A stretch of 64,000 bases of DNA from Carpediemonas membranifera BICM (taxonomy: Eukaryota; Protista; Fornicata), in assembly GCA_019828565.1 (NCBI GenBank), contig JAHDYR010000024.1:1-64000 (forward strand), in the 5' to 3' direction. The notes under the pieces are model-generated. The model was not told where the DNA came from. It did no database searches and saw only the letters and a list, made by a program, of their open reading frames with translations. The position numbers and the translations under genes were made by a program. Positions 44,985-54,050 of the stretch are shown here, in pieces; the first letter of the stretch is position 1; each line of letters starts with the position of its first letter.

Positions 44985-45503
44985 ATGGCACCGACCAACA
45001 ACGAGACACCTGAGCAACTGCAGGAGACCATTGAGCAACAACGGGACATCGAAGTAACTCCGAAGTCCAACGAGCAACTCGAGCAGGAGCTCAAGACCTT
45101 GCGGGGCCTTATTTCCAACCTTGAGGATGAACGGCGCTCCAACAACTGGACCCCTCCGCATTCGGACTCCATGCGAGGGGAATGGGCCTTCCTTCAGCGC
45201 CTCTACCGAGCCATTCGGTTTGACGCGTCCACCTCATCAACCGAGCTCCTCAACAGGCTCTACTCTCGCCAGAGGGCCCTTGCCATCAAGGACCGCTACG
45301 GGTTCCACGTAGGCCTGGCGGTGGAAACCGCCACTGACGCTCTGCTCAGCGCTAAGCCAACTGCTACGGAGGCGATCATCGAGGAGAAGATCCTCTCCAC
45401 CCTTTCCAAGATCCCCAGGCTTGGCGACCGCCAGCGTGAACGCGCTTCTTTTCAGCGCTCCCGTCGCCCACCGAAGCGAAGCGGCAAGCCCGCCAGAGAT
45501 TAA
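44985..45503 (+). CDS. Gag-like ORF1 (D3/4)
   Basis: Homologous to 57032-57535 and 58172-58684 (RLYxRxRxLxxKDRYG). Confidence 0.8.
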   Translation: MAPTNNETPEQLQETIEQQRDIEVTPKSNEQLEQELKTLRGLISNLEDERRSNNWTPPHSDSMRGEWAFLQRLYRAIRFDASTSSTELLNRLYSRQRALAIKDRYGFHVGLAVETATDALLSAKPTATEAIIEEKILSTLSKIPRLGDRQRERASFQRSRRPPKRSGKPARD

Positions 45504-45634
45504 GAAAACATCCGAAAAGACTCTCTCTAGGCGATCGCTCTCACTCTCTTGCCTCTCCCCACTCCTCCCCACCCATGCTGTCTGGAGGGGGTGTATGGGT
45601 GGCAGTATACACCTACGGAACAGAGGGGCTCTGT

Positions 45635-48600
45635 TGTGCCGGATGGCAGCAGAAAACGGGGAAATCCATTTACCTTAAAGTGCACTGGGAGTGAGGGAGA
45701 TGCTGTGACATCTTGCCCCCCTAAGCCGAAGCTTATTGGCTCTAAGGTAAGCACGGGCGAGCGAGACTCCGGAGAGTGCAGTCGCCGGCTCATAGGTGGG
45801 TTCGTCGTAGCCTTCCCACTTCACCTTCAGTTCGAGGATGTCGTCCTTGACGCGGTGCTTGAGGATCTTCTCAACGATAAAAGTCTCCTCGTCTGAGGAA
45901 GCTAGCTGGCGGAGCTTGTTGAAGTGGTAGTTCACGTGGAACGGGAGCAGGTGATCCCGGTGGACGGTTGTGGTGGTGTTCGTGATGATGTCGGCGATAA
46001 CGACGGCCTTGTGGTCGAGGATCTCGAGGATCTTGTAGGGTCCCAGGTGACCGTGCAACTTGGGGGTCCTGTTGCGCTGTACGAGGACTAGGTCACCTGG
46101 CTTGAGCTCGGTCTCTGCGGTCTTTCCTTTGGCAAGGCGCTTCTCGACAACCTTACGTTGCGTCTCCTCCCCCTTCTTGGAAAGGGACTTCAGGTGGTTA
46201 GTGAGGTTGTCTAGGTATTCACGATGGGAGGATAGGATTGTCTCGGAAGCTGTAGGGTCAGTCGGGGCGAGTAGCCGGGCTCTAGTGGCGGACGGGTCCA
46301 AATGCTCGCCGTAAAGCATGCTGTGGGGGGTGAGGCCTGTGGCAGAGCAGATAAAAGTGTTCAGCAAAAGCTGAACGGCAGGGAGAAGCCTGATCCACTC
46401 GTCAAACTTGTTAAAGTTGAGCGTGAGGCAGCGGAGGTGCTTCATCACTTCGGCGTTACGGCGTTCAACAACGCCGTTGGACTGGGGATGATACGGGAGA
46501 GTGTGTTGTTCGGTGATCTCGGCATCAGACAGGAGGGCCTTGATCACGGCACCAGTGTACTCCGGCCCGTTGTCAGCCTTAATGGCGGCAGGGATGCCAT
46601 GACGGCAGACAAGTTGTTGCCAGATGGCAGAGGCAGCGGCATCGGCAGTGTTCTCATCGCTGGCATATAACTCCGTGTACCTGGTGAACATATCAACAAG
46701 GACGAAGATGTACTTGCGGCCGAACATGTCTGCGGGGATGGGGCCTATGGTGTCAATGGCGACCGTGTGGAAAGGCTTATACACGGCCGTGGTCCCTAGG
46801 CTTGACTGAGCGAACTCAGAGAGTCTAGCCTTGAGACAGATCGGACAGGAGTGGACGTAGGCGGCGATCTCTTGAGTCGCGCTGACCCAGGTGTAGCCGT
46901 CATCGCGGAGGCGGGTGTACGTGGCTCTAGCTCCGTGGTGGCCACGGTGAGCGATGGCAATAAGCTCTTGGCGTAAGCCCTTCGTTTGATCACAGGTCGG
47001 GATCATGCAGGCTCCGTTCCGGCGTCGGAGACCATCAGCGTCTACCGGCAGCTTGCTGATCTCCGGGTCCTCTCCTTGGAAGTGTGCCAGTCTGTCCTTG
47101 AACCGGGCATCGACAGATATGGCGGCGACGGGTTGGGCTGTAGTCTGGCCGTGGCCATACCGGCTGAGCGAATCAGCTATGACGTTATCCTTCCCGGGAA
47201 CGTGTGTGATTTCAAAGTTGAAGTCGGCTAGCGTCAGACGCCAGCGGAGGATCTTGTCGTTCGTCGCGGACTTGTAGATCATGTAGATCAGATTACGGTG
47301 GTCTGTTCTGAGGGTTACATGCTTCACGCGCAGAAGGTGGGTGAGGGAGGGGTGCGTGAAGGCGTATACGATGGCGAAAAGTTCCTGTTCGCAGGTAGCC
47401 CATCTGGTCTGGGTGGGGGTGAACGTATGAGAGAAATAGGCCAGCACTTGTCTGCCCGAGTTGTCGTTGGGAGTCTGGTAGAGTACACCTCCGGCTCCGA
47501 CATTGGAAGCGTCGGTCTCGAGGGTCCAAGGAAGGGACAAGTCTGGGTGAGCGATGAAGAGGTCATCGGTGAAGAGGGACTTAAGGGTGTTGAAAGCCTC
47601 AGTCTCGGCTGGGCCGAAGCTGAAGACGGCGTCCTTCTCTAGGAGAGCGGTAAGGGGCTTGAACAGCTCATGGCGTTTCTCTGAGATGAATGAGGCTAAG
47701 AACTGGAACTTGCCGAGCACGGTCCTGAGCCCGTGGACATCAGTGGGGAGGGGAAGCTCTCGTAGGGCGCGGGTGCGCTCAGGGTCTACGTGAACTCCAG
47801 CCTTGTCGACAATGAAACCAACTATGGGGGCCTCGGAATAGCCTATTCGGCACTTCTTTGCGCCTAGGCGGACGTTGGCTTCTTCCAGGCGAGTGAGGGT
47901 GTCATCGAGAAGCTTGAGGAAAAGTTCCTCGGAGGAGTACATGAAGAGGTCATCGATGTACGGGTCAACCCCCTTATGGAGGATGGGCCCGAGGATAGTC
48001 TCGATACCTCGCTGGAAATGCGACGGGGCATTGGCAAGCCCAAAAGGCATCCTGGTGAACTGTTCATGCACGCCAGGGGCGATGAACGCGGTCTTCTCCT
48101 TGTCCTCGTCAGCCATAGGCACCTGCCAATAGCCTGAGGTCAGGTCCAGGGCGGCAAATCGGTCGCACCCACTTGCTCGGCGAAGGAACTCGCGCATGTT
48201 GGGGAGGGGGTGTCGATCACGGGTGGTGTGGCTGTTGAGTAGGACATAGTCGATGCAAAGCCGCCAAGCGTCCCCCTTTCGCACGAGGACTACTGGACTG
48301 GCATATGGGCCGGTGTTGGCCTCGGTGATGCCCTTGTCGCGTAAGTCTGAGACATGATCGTGCAGCCACTCCGTCTTGGCTGGAGCCAGAGGGCGTGGCT
48401 TCATGTTGACAATGTAGCCGTCGGTCGGGATGGTCATGGGGGGGAAGGCTGCCGGCTCTTCGGGGAGGTTTGGATCGAACACGGCGTCATGCTTGCGGAG
48501 GATCTCACGGATAGGGTCGTGTAGTTGATCAGGACATACGTCCACTTCATCGCTGAAGAACTGTGGAGCAGCTGAGGCTTCAGCGACAGGGACTGGGTCT

Positions 48601-50214
48601 AGGTACTTGTGGGGAGGGAGCCCTTCGGTGGTCTGGGGGTCTTCGTTGCAGTCGACGCCTGTAGGGACGAAGAGGCCCTTGGCGCTGAGGAAGCCAAGAG
48701 CTCTGAGGATATCACAACCAACGAGTATGTGATCATCGTCGCGTTCGATTACGTGGAAGGTGGCCTCGGTAGTGACCATGGCGTTGCCCGCAGATGGAAG
48801 GCTCAGACTCACCTTTGCTACGCCCTTCGTCATAAAAAGCTGCTTATTGACGTCCAACAGAGCAATTGAGACGGATGTGTCGATCGTGGCCTTGAGGCGC
48901 TCGGCCAACAACTGCGAAATACAGCTTGGGGCGGAACCGGAATCAATCAGGATTGTCTGCGTCTCGCCGTTGACTTTCCCTTGGACGGTGAAGTAGGATG
49001 AGTCGGGCTGTGGTTCGTCGACAGACTGCACCGGCTGGGCATGGGCGGTCTCATGCACTGGTCTTCCCTTCTTGAGGGTGCTGCTGGGGCGGAGGTTCAT
49101 CCTACCAGCGCGGCGGTCGGACTGCTGAGTGGGATCCGCATTTGGTTGAGGCACTGGCAGCTGGCGGTTGGCGTTGCCCGAAGTATGTCGGGCTTGGGTA
49201 TGTGGCTGTTGCTTGTCATGCTGGCCGGTCGGTTGTGCCGGGTGCGGCGACTGGTTGGACTGCTGGGTGGAGCCTCGCTGGGCGGCGTCGGCCTTAGGGC
49301 ACTGCCACCTCCAATGCCAACCACCACAGAATGGGCAGGGGGTCTTGGAGGGTGTGGCCGGGAGCCCATGTGTTCGGCCTATGGCGGGGCGGCCTTGGCG
49401 GCTCTGCCCGCCACCTTGGCGAGGGCGGTCAACGGAGGTCAACACGGCAGCTGACGTGGTGGACGGTGTCAAAGACGAGATGTCGAGGCCTGCCAGATCG
49501 CTTGCCAGCGCCTGGAGGCGCTCGACCTCGGTCTTCACGATCTGAACGGTATCCTCGAACAGGCGAGCGCCTTGTAGCTCAACCTCGGTCTTGAGGCGAG
49601 CTTGAAGCTCACTTGGCCTGATGGCGGCGAGGAGTACACGGGCGGCGACCTTGCTCAGGCCCCGATGAGCGGGGCTAGGCCCGGATGGCGAGGAGCCCAG
49701 TAGCTCAGCGAGAGCGTCTACGTCGGGGTCGTCATCATCAGCTTCAGGCTTGGGCGGGTCGTGGTCGGGGATGAACGTTAGAGCGTGCTTGTAGAGCGCA
49801 CGGAGCTCTCGGACGTACAAGAGGATCGAGTGAAGCTTGTTGTCGTGATTAGGCATCTGGAGGGCACGCATTGCTCGGAGGCATCCATTGAGTGTTGGAG
49901 GTAGGAGGTGCGTGAGGAGAGAAGCCTCGATATCTTCAATGGTTGCGGAAGAGAGATCAACTTCATATACGAAGCTCAAGGACATCAAGAATCTCTTCTG
50001 AAATACAGTCGGATGGCGAAAGAGTTGGAAATTGGGCTTTGAGGACTCGGAAGTGCCGAGTGAAGGTTCTGATCGTAACAGGATCTAGATCAGATAGGAA
50101 CAGATGATTCTGCGTTACCATTTTCCAGGAGTGATCACTGTGCCGGATGGCAGCAGAAAACGGGGAAATCCATTTACCTTAAAGTGCACTGGGAGTGAGG
50201 GAGATGCTGTGACA
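45635..50214 (-). mobile_element. Complete chromodomain Ty3/Gypsy element C
   Basis: Identical 76-bp TG..CA LTRs at 45635-45710 and 50139-50214, 4-bp TSD CTGT, PPT AGGGGGCAAGA. Confidence 0.97.
45675..49988 (-). CDS. gag-pol: Gag-Pol polyprotein (PR, RT, RH, INT, chromodomain), intact
   Basis: CPFCGGWHWRWQC, LIDSGS, LDLTSGYWQ, YIDD, TDAS, IDTIGP, ADNGPEY, VKWEGY; the stop codon lies inside the 3' LTR. Confidence 0.95.
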   Translation of the reverse strand: MMSLSFVYEVDLSSATIEDIEASLLTHLLPPTLNGCLRAMRALQMPNHDNKLHSILLYVRELRALYKHALTFIPDHDPPKPEADDDDPDVDALAELLGSSPSGPSPAHRGLSKVAARVLLAAIRPSELQARLKTEVELQGARLFEDTVQIVKTEVERLQALASDLAGLDISSLTPSTTSAAVLTSVDRPRQGGGQSRQGRPAIGRTHGLPATPSKTPCPFCGGWHWRWQCPKADAAQRGSTQQSNQSPHPAQPTGQHDKQQPHTQARHTSGNANRQLPVPQPNADPTQQSDRRAGRMNLRPSSTLKKGRPVHETAHAQPVQSVDEPQPDSSYFTVQGKVNGETQTILIDSGSAPSCISQLLAERLKATIDTSVSIALLDVNKQLFMTKGVAKVSLSLPSAGNAMVTTEATFHVIERDDDHILVGCDILRALGFLSAKGLFVPTGVDCNEDPQTTEGLPPHKYLDPVPVAEASAAPQFFSDEVDVCPDQLHDPIREILRKHDAVFDPNLPEEPAAFPPMTIPTDGYIVNMKPRPLAPAKTEWLHDHVSDLRDKGITEANTGPYASPVVLVRKGDAWRLCIDYVLLNSHTTRDRHPLPNMREFLRRASGCDRFAALDLTSGYWQVPMADEDKEKTAFIAPGVHEQFTRMPFGLANAPSHFQRGIETILGPILHKGVDPYIDDLFMYSSEELFLKLLDDTLTRLEEANVRLGAKKCRIGYSEAPIVGFIVDKAGVHVDPERTRALRELPLPTDVHGLRTVLGKFQFLASFISEKRHELFKPLTALLEKDAVFSFGPAETEAFNTLKSLFTDDLFIAHPDLSLPWTLETDASNVGAGGVLYQTPNDNSGRQVLAYFSHTFTPTQTRWATCEQELFAIVYAFTHPSLTHLLRVKHVTLRTDHRNLIYMIYKSATNDKILRWRLTLADFNFEITHVPGKDNVIADSLSRYGHGQTTAQPVAAISVDARFKDRLAHFQGEDPEISKLPVDADGLRRRNGACMIPTCDQTKGLRQELIAIAHRGHHGARATYTRLRDDGYTWVSATQEIAAYVHSCPICLKARLSEFAQSSLGTTAVYKPFHTVAIDTIGPIPADMFGRKYIFVLVDMFTRYTELYASDENTADAAASAIWQQLVCRHGIPAAIKADNGPEYTGAVIKALLSDAEITEQHTLPYHPQSNGVVERRNAEVMKHLRCLTLNFNKFDEWIRLLPAVQLLLNTFICSATGLTPHSMLYGEHLDPSATRARLLAPTDPTASETILSSHREYLDNLTNHLKSLSKKGEETQRKVVEKRLAKGKTAETELKPGDLVLVQRNRTPKLHGHLGPYKILEILDHKAVVIADIITNTTTTVHRDHLLPFHVNYHFNKLRQLASSDEETFIVEKILKHRVKDDILELKVKWEGYDEPTYEPATALSGVSLARAYLRANKLRLRGARCHSISLTPSAL

Positions 50215-51128
50215 CTGTCAAAAATGTCCGATTTAGAACGTCTTACTCTGGCACCATGTAGCCCCCTTCCTGATGCACCTTTGAGCACGTGCTTGGCCTG
50301 CGATAATTACTTGGCGTCCCGTAAAGCCCAAAAATTAATCAAATCGTCATCAAATGCGAATTAAAGATGCTGATATTGCTCATGAAACGACTCTGCTGAT
50401 CAGCTGGGACTCTACGCGGCGATATGGCATGGCAAGTCTCTACACTTTGGAGACAATTCGGTCCCATGGTTCCTACCTTGACCCACGTTGTCTCGCGCGC
50501 GCGAGGGACTCACTAAAAGGATATATCAACACTGGGAGCAGAAAAAAGGCACGGCGAGATGCAGGCGCTGTTGCTGAGCTCATTTTCCGGATAAGACCCG
50601 TTTTACCTCAACCCATTCATATTGGCGGCTGTTGCTTCGTTTTTGATCAAATCAAATGGAAACCAAAACGAGATCCGGGAAACGAGGATGATTGGGAGAG
50701 ATAGACACATCATAAGGTCTTTAATATAGTAATGCACCGTCAATGAGAAGTTCTTGGTTCCTGAAATGGATTATTGATCCCAAACGCTTTTCTTTGAGGA
50801 TAACGCACTTATAGCGGTGATTTCCACACAATTCATCCAAATGCTGATCAAAACATCAGAACTGCAAGTAAAATGGGTATAGATCGTTTATCCACGGAGA
50901 TATCAATTGCTCCCAATCCCAGCTTGCAAGAAAAAAGTTAAGGGGCTGTATTGGGGCTTGCACTGATATCTCTATATATGCCGACACAGTCACTGGGCTG
51001 CCCATCACTGAACAGCTCTAGCCCAATACAAAAACTTGAGGGCTCGAAGTTTTGGCCTTCTCGGAAAAGGGTGGCAGTATACTGCTACTTTTCTTTGCTT
51101 GAGTAGCTGTATTACACCCCCTCCAGAC

Positions 51129-52166
51129 CTACCTTACAGGATCCCCGAGGAGCAGCGAAATGCGCTCGTCCATTGGCAGAAGCTTCTCAACAACCATACT
51201 CCACGTCCCCTGAAAGAACTACTTTCCATTTGGGGCACTTCCAGCAACCTGGACGTTACGATAGCCTCAGATGCTTCGAAATTCGCGGCAGGAGCCGTCA
51301 TCAGCATCGATGGAGCGAAGAAGACGATCTCTGTACCAACAAGCACCAACAAGGACCGTCATATAACGGAGCTGGAGTTCTTCGCTGCAATGGAGGCCAT
51401 CAACTTCGTGCTGCAGGAGACAGCGGTCTCGGACCGCGAGATCCGCGTATTCTCGGACTCTACGGCGGCTGTGGCGTGGCTCAACAGGCAGGGCTCGTCC
51501 CGCTGCCCTCAAGCAGTCATTGCAGAGCTCCATCGCATCCTCCCGCGCCTGAGAGCCAGAGGACTGCTACTCAGGGCGGTGCACGTGAGCGGGCACCTGA
51601 ATGTACGCCCGGATCGGCTGTCACGGCTCAGCAAGGTCGATTGGGGCACGCCACAGGTGGTCCTCGACCATATCATCGACTCTTGGGGGCCTCTACAGGT
51701 GGACGTCACAGCACAGGAAGGCAAGACGCTGCAGATCGGGGCAAACCCGCTCATGCCCCTTACTCGCGCGCAGGATGGTCTCTCATCCCGGTGGGAGGGC
51801 CTCAGAGTCTACGCAGCACCCCCGTGGGCCCTCATCCCGGCCACTCTATCGAAGCTGGCCTCCATCACCACCCCCTCACAGGACGGAGATCCCTCCAGCT
51901 GGTCATCAATGGCAGTAGTGCTCGTGCCGGACATAGTGTCGGCCGCGACCCTCGCCCTCAAGCGCTTAACGCCCCACAGGCGGTACTTCCGCCTTCCTCC
52001 GGGCTCATTCGATGGGACAGAGCTACAGAGGACGGCACGGGCCGATGGCACGGTCAGACTGATGGCTCTCGCGTTCCGGCTGAAGCCTTCAACACCCTCG
52101 TTGGACACCCCAGGCTCGGAGGCCTCTCAGACTCCTACAAACGCCACATCGCGGGTACTCTGGTGA
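51129..52166 (+). pseudogene. RNase H + MT-like remainder of the D3/4 RT ORF
   Basis: SDASKFAAG, SDSTAAVAWLN, PDRLSR, WGPLQVD, YAAPP; the RT core is missing. Confidence 0.85.
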
Positions 52167-53019
52167 CATTCGTCGACTTAGCCTCAACAACACCCACGGT
52201 AGAGCAGGTAGCTACCTGGGTGCGGCAGCAGAGAGCCTCCTGCAGCGAGACCACGATCATGCGGAAGGCCCAGCTCATCATCACTCATGGGCCAGACATC
52301 TTGGGCATCCAGCTCCCTGAACACTTCCGTCCGGCCATTAAGGAGGCCGCAAGGGCGCAGCCGGCAAGCCGATCGGTCAGGCCCCACCCATAAGACTGCC
52401 ACTCTTCCACAAAGCACTGTCAGAGGCAGCCGCCTCCGGGCCCCTACCGAAGACGTGGGTGCAAGCCTTCGCCTTCTCACTAGTGGCCTACTCGACGACC
52501 TCAAGACCAGGCGAGATCTTCGGATTGACAGGAGGAGACGTGAAGCCCGCGGGCGCGCGCGGTATAACGATCCGTATTCAGGCGACTAAGACCGGGAGGT
52601 CTAAAGTGCTCAAGCTCGTACCGGACGTGCGGGGTCACCCGCTTTCCCCTGCGCTGTGGCTGGCCCGTCACATTCAGAACCTCCCTCAATCTGATCTGAA
52701 CGAATCTATCTGGCGTGCGCCGCGTGTCGATGGCTCGCTCTCATCCACGCCCATCTCCTTCGACCTACTTGGAGACTACATGGCTGGCGTCTTCCACAGA
52801 GTCAGCATCCGGGCTCACGGGCTTAGGCGCGGCTCAGCCGCCGACCTAGTCCTGGCGGGCGTTTCTCCCTATGTAGTCGCAGCCAAGGGTACATGGGCCG
52901 ACATCAATTCGATGCTCCGCTATATCGACGACACGATGAGACTTGACCGCGCAACGTCGGCAAAGTGTTTCACGCCCCACATGGCACAGGGGCTGCCGGA
53001 CAAGATTGAGTTCGAGTGA
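52060..53019 (+). CDS. Tyrosine recombinase (D3/4), slip near 52385
   Basis: SRPGEI, HGLRRG, GTW, LRY. Confidence 0.85.
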
Positions 53020-54050
53020 AAGAGAGACTGCAAGAGAGCAGCAAGGGGCCCATCAGCCGGGACGGGTGGTCTGGGGAGGCTACCTCGCCCTCGGCCGGGC
53101 CCTATCGCGTGGACCAAGTGTGGTCGCGATAAATTTTGAGAGAGTTATGTTGTTGGCGACCGGGATTCCCCATGGGTTCACATTTGACATACCCAATGTC
53201 TGCTTGTCAGACTGGCGGGGCACGCCTTCAATAGGACGTAGGAGTCCTGCGCCGGATACGGTTCGATTTGCTGATTCTGCGAAGAGGATCGAGATCAACT
53301 CCGAGCAAGTCAGTTCGGACGAAGGGCAAAGGAATAAGCTTTAGAGATGGCACCGAACCGCGATTCGAATCTGGTAGCTCGAGACAGGAGAAACTGAATT
53401 TGTTTCCCTCGTCAGACGAGCTGACGAGTCGGCAGACTCTGTCTTAACCATCCGGGGGGGGGGTGAACAATTTACTGTGATCTTCTGTAGCACTATGTAA
53501 ACAGGAAATTGTTCCGCCGGGCCCTTACTGGGACCCAGACTCACTCCCCTCGAAAGGGGAGGATTGGCAGCCAGGCTGCATTGCGACTTATTTCGCTTCT
53601 CCTTCGTTCTCTGGGTTCCTGATTTGATCTGGTCCTGATTTGGCCTCAATCTGATGCGAATCAGAATGCCTCGACCGCTCAGCCGAAGATTGTCCACTAC
53701 GCTGGCCTTGCCAGTCAGACGAGCTGACGAGTCGGCAGACTCTGTCTTAACCATCCGGGACTCGTCGCCGCCACGATCCCTGGCTCATTTTCTCTATCCA
53801 TCATTTGACTGGATCAAATTTGGCGCACATCATCTTGGATTCTTAAACCTCCCGACGGTTCCTCTGTATTCCACCCGTGCAGGTGGAGAGCTCGAAAAAC
53901 GTGCCTAGAGGTCTCAACACCGCCTGGTTGCCGAGATACGGCACTTTTGATATTTTCTCTCTCTTTTGAGCGTATATCGCCGTAGTTTCGCTAGAATCCG
54001 TGCGTAACCTCTCTAAGGTATCTCCCTACACTATAAGGAACTCAATATCA

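Larger units (their letters stand above)
45580..51128. mobile_element. ~1-kb non-autonomous TIR DNA element, split by Gypsy C
   Basis: 16-bp inverted repeat GTCTGGAGGGGGTGTA (45580-45595) / TACACCCCCTCCAGAC (51113-51128); subterminal GGGTGGCAGTATAC at 45597 and 51069; YR-element coding sequence on both outer sides. Confidence 0.7.

Noticed and set aside
50110-50121. TGGTAACGCAG as tRNA PBS of Gypsy C
   Set aside because: It lies 18 nt from the LTR, too far for canonical priming, and elements A and D have no equivalent.
50354-50704. ORF inside the TIR element as a transposase remnant
   Set aside because: Short, with no recognisable motif.
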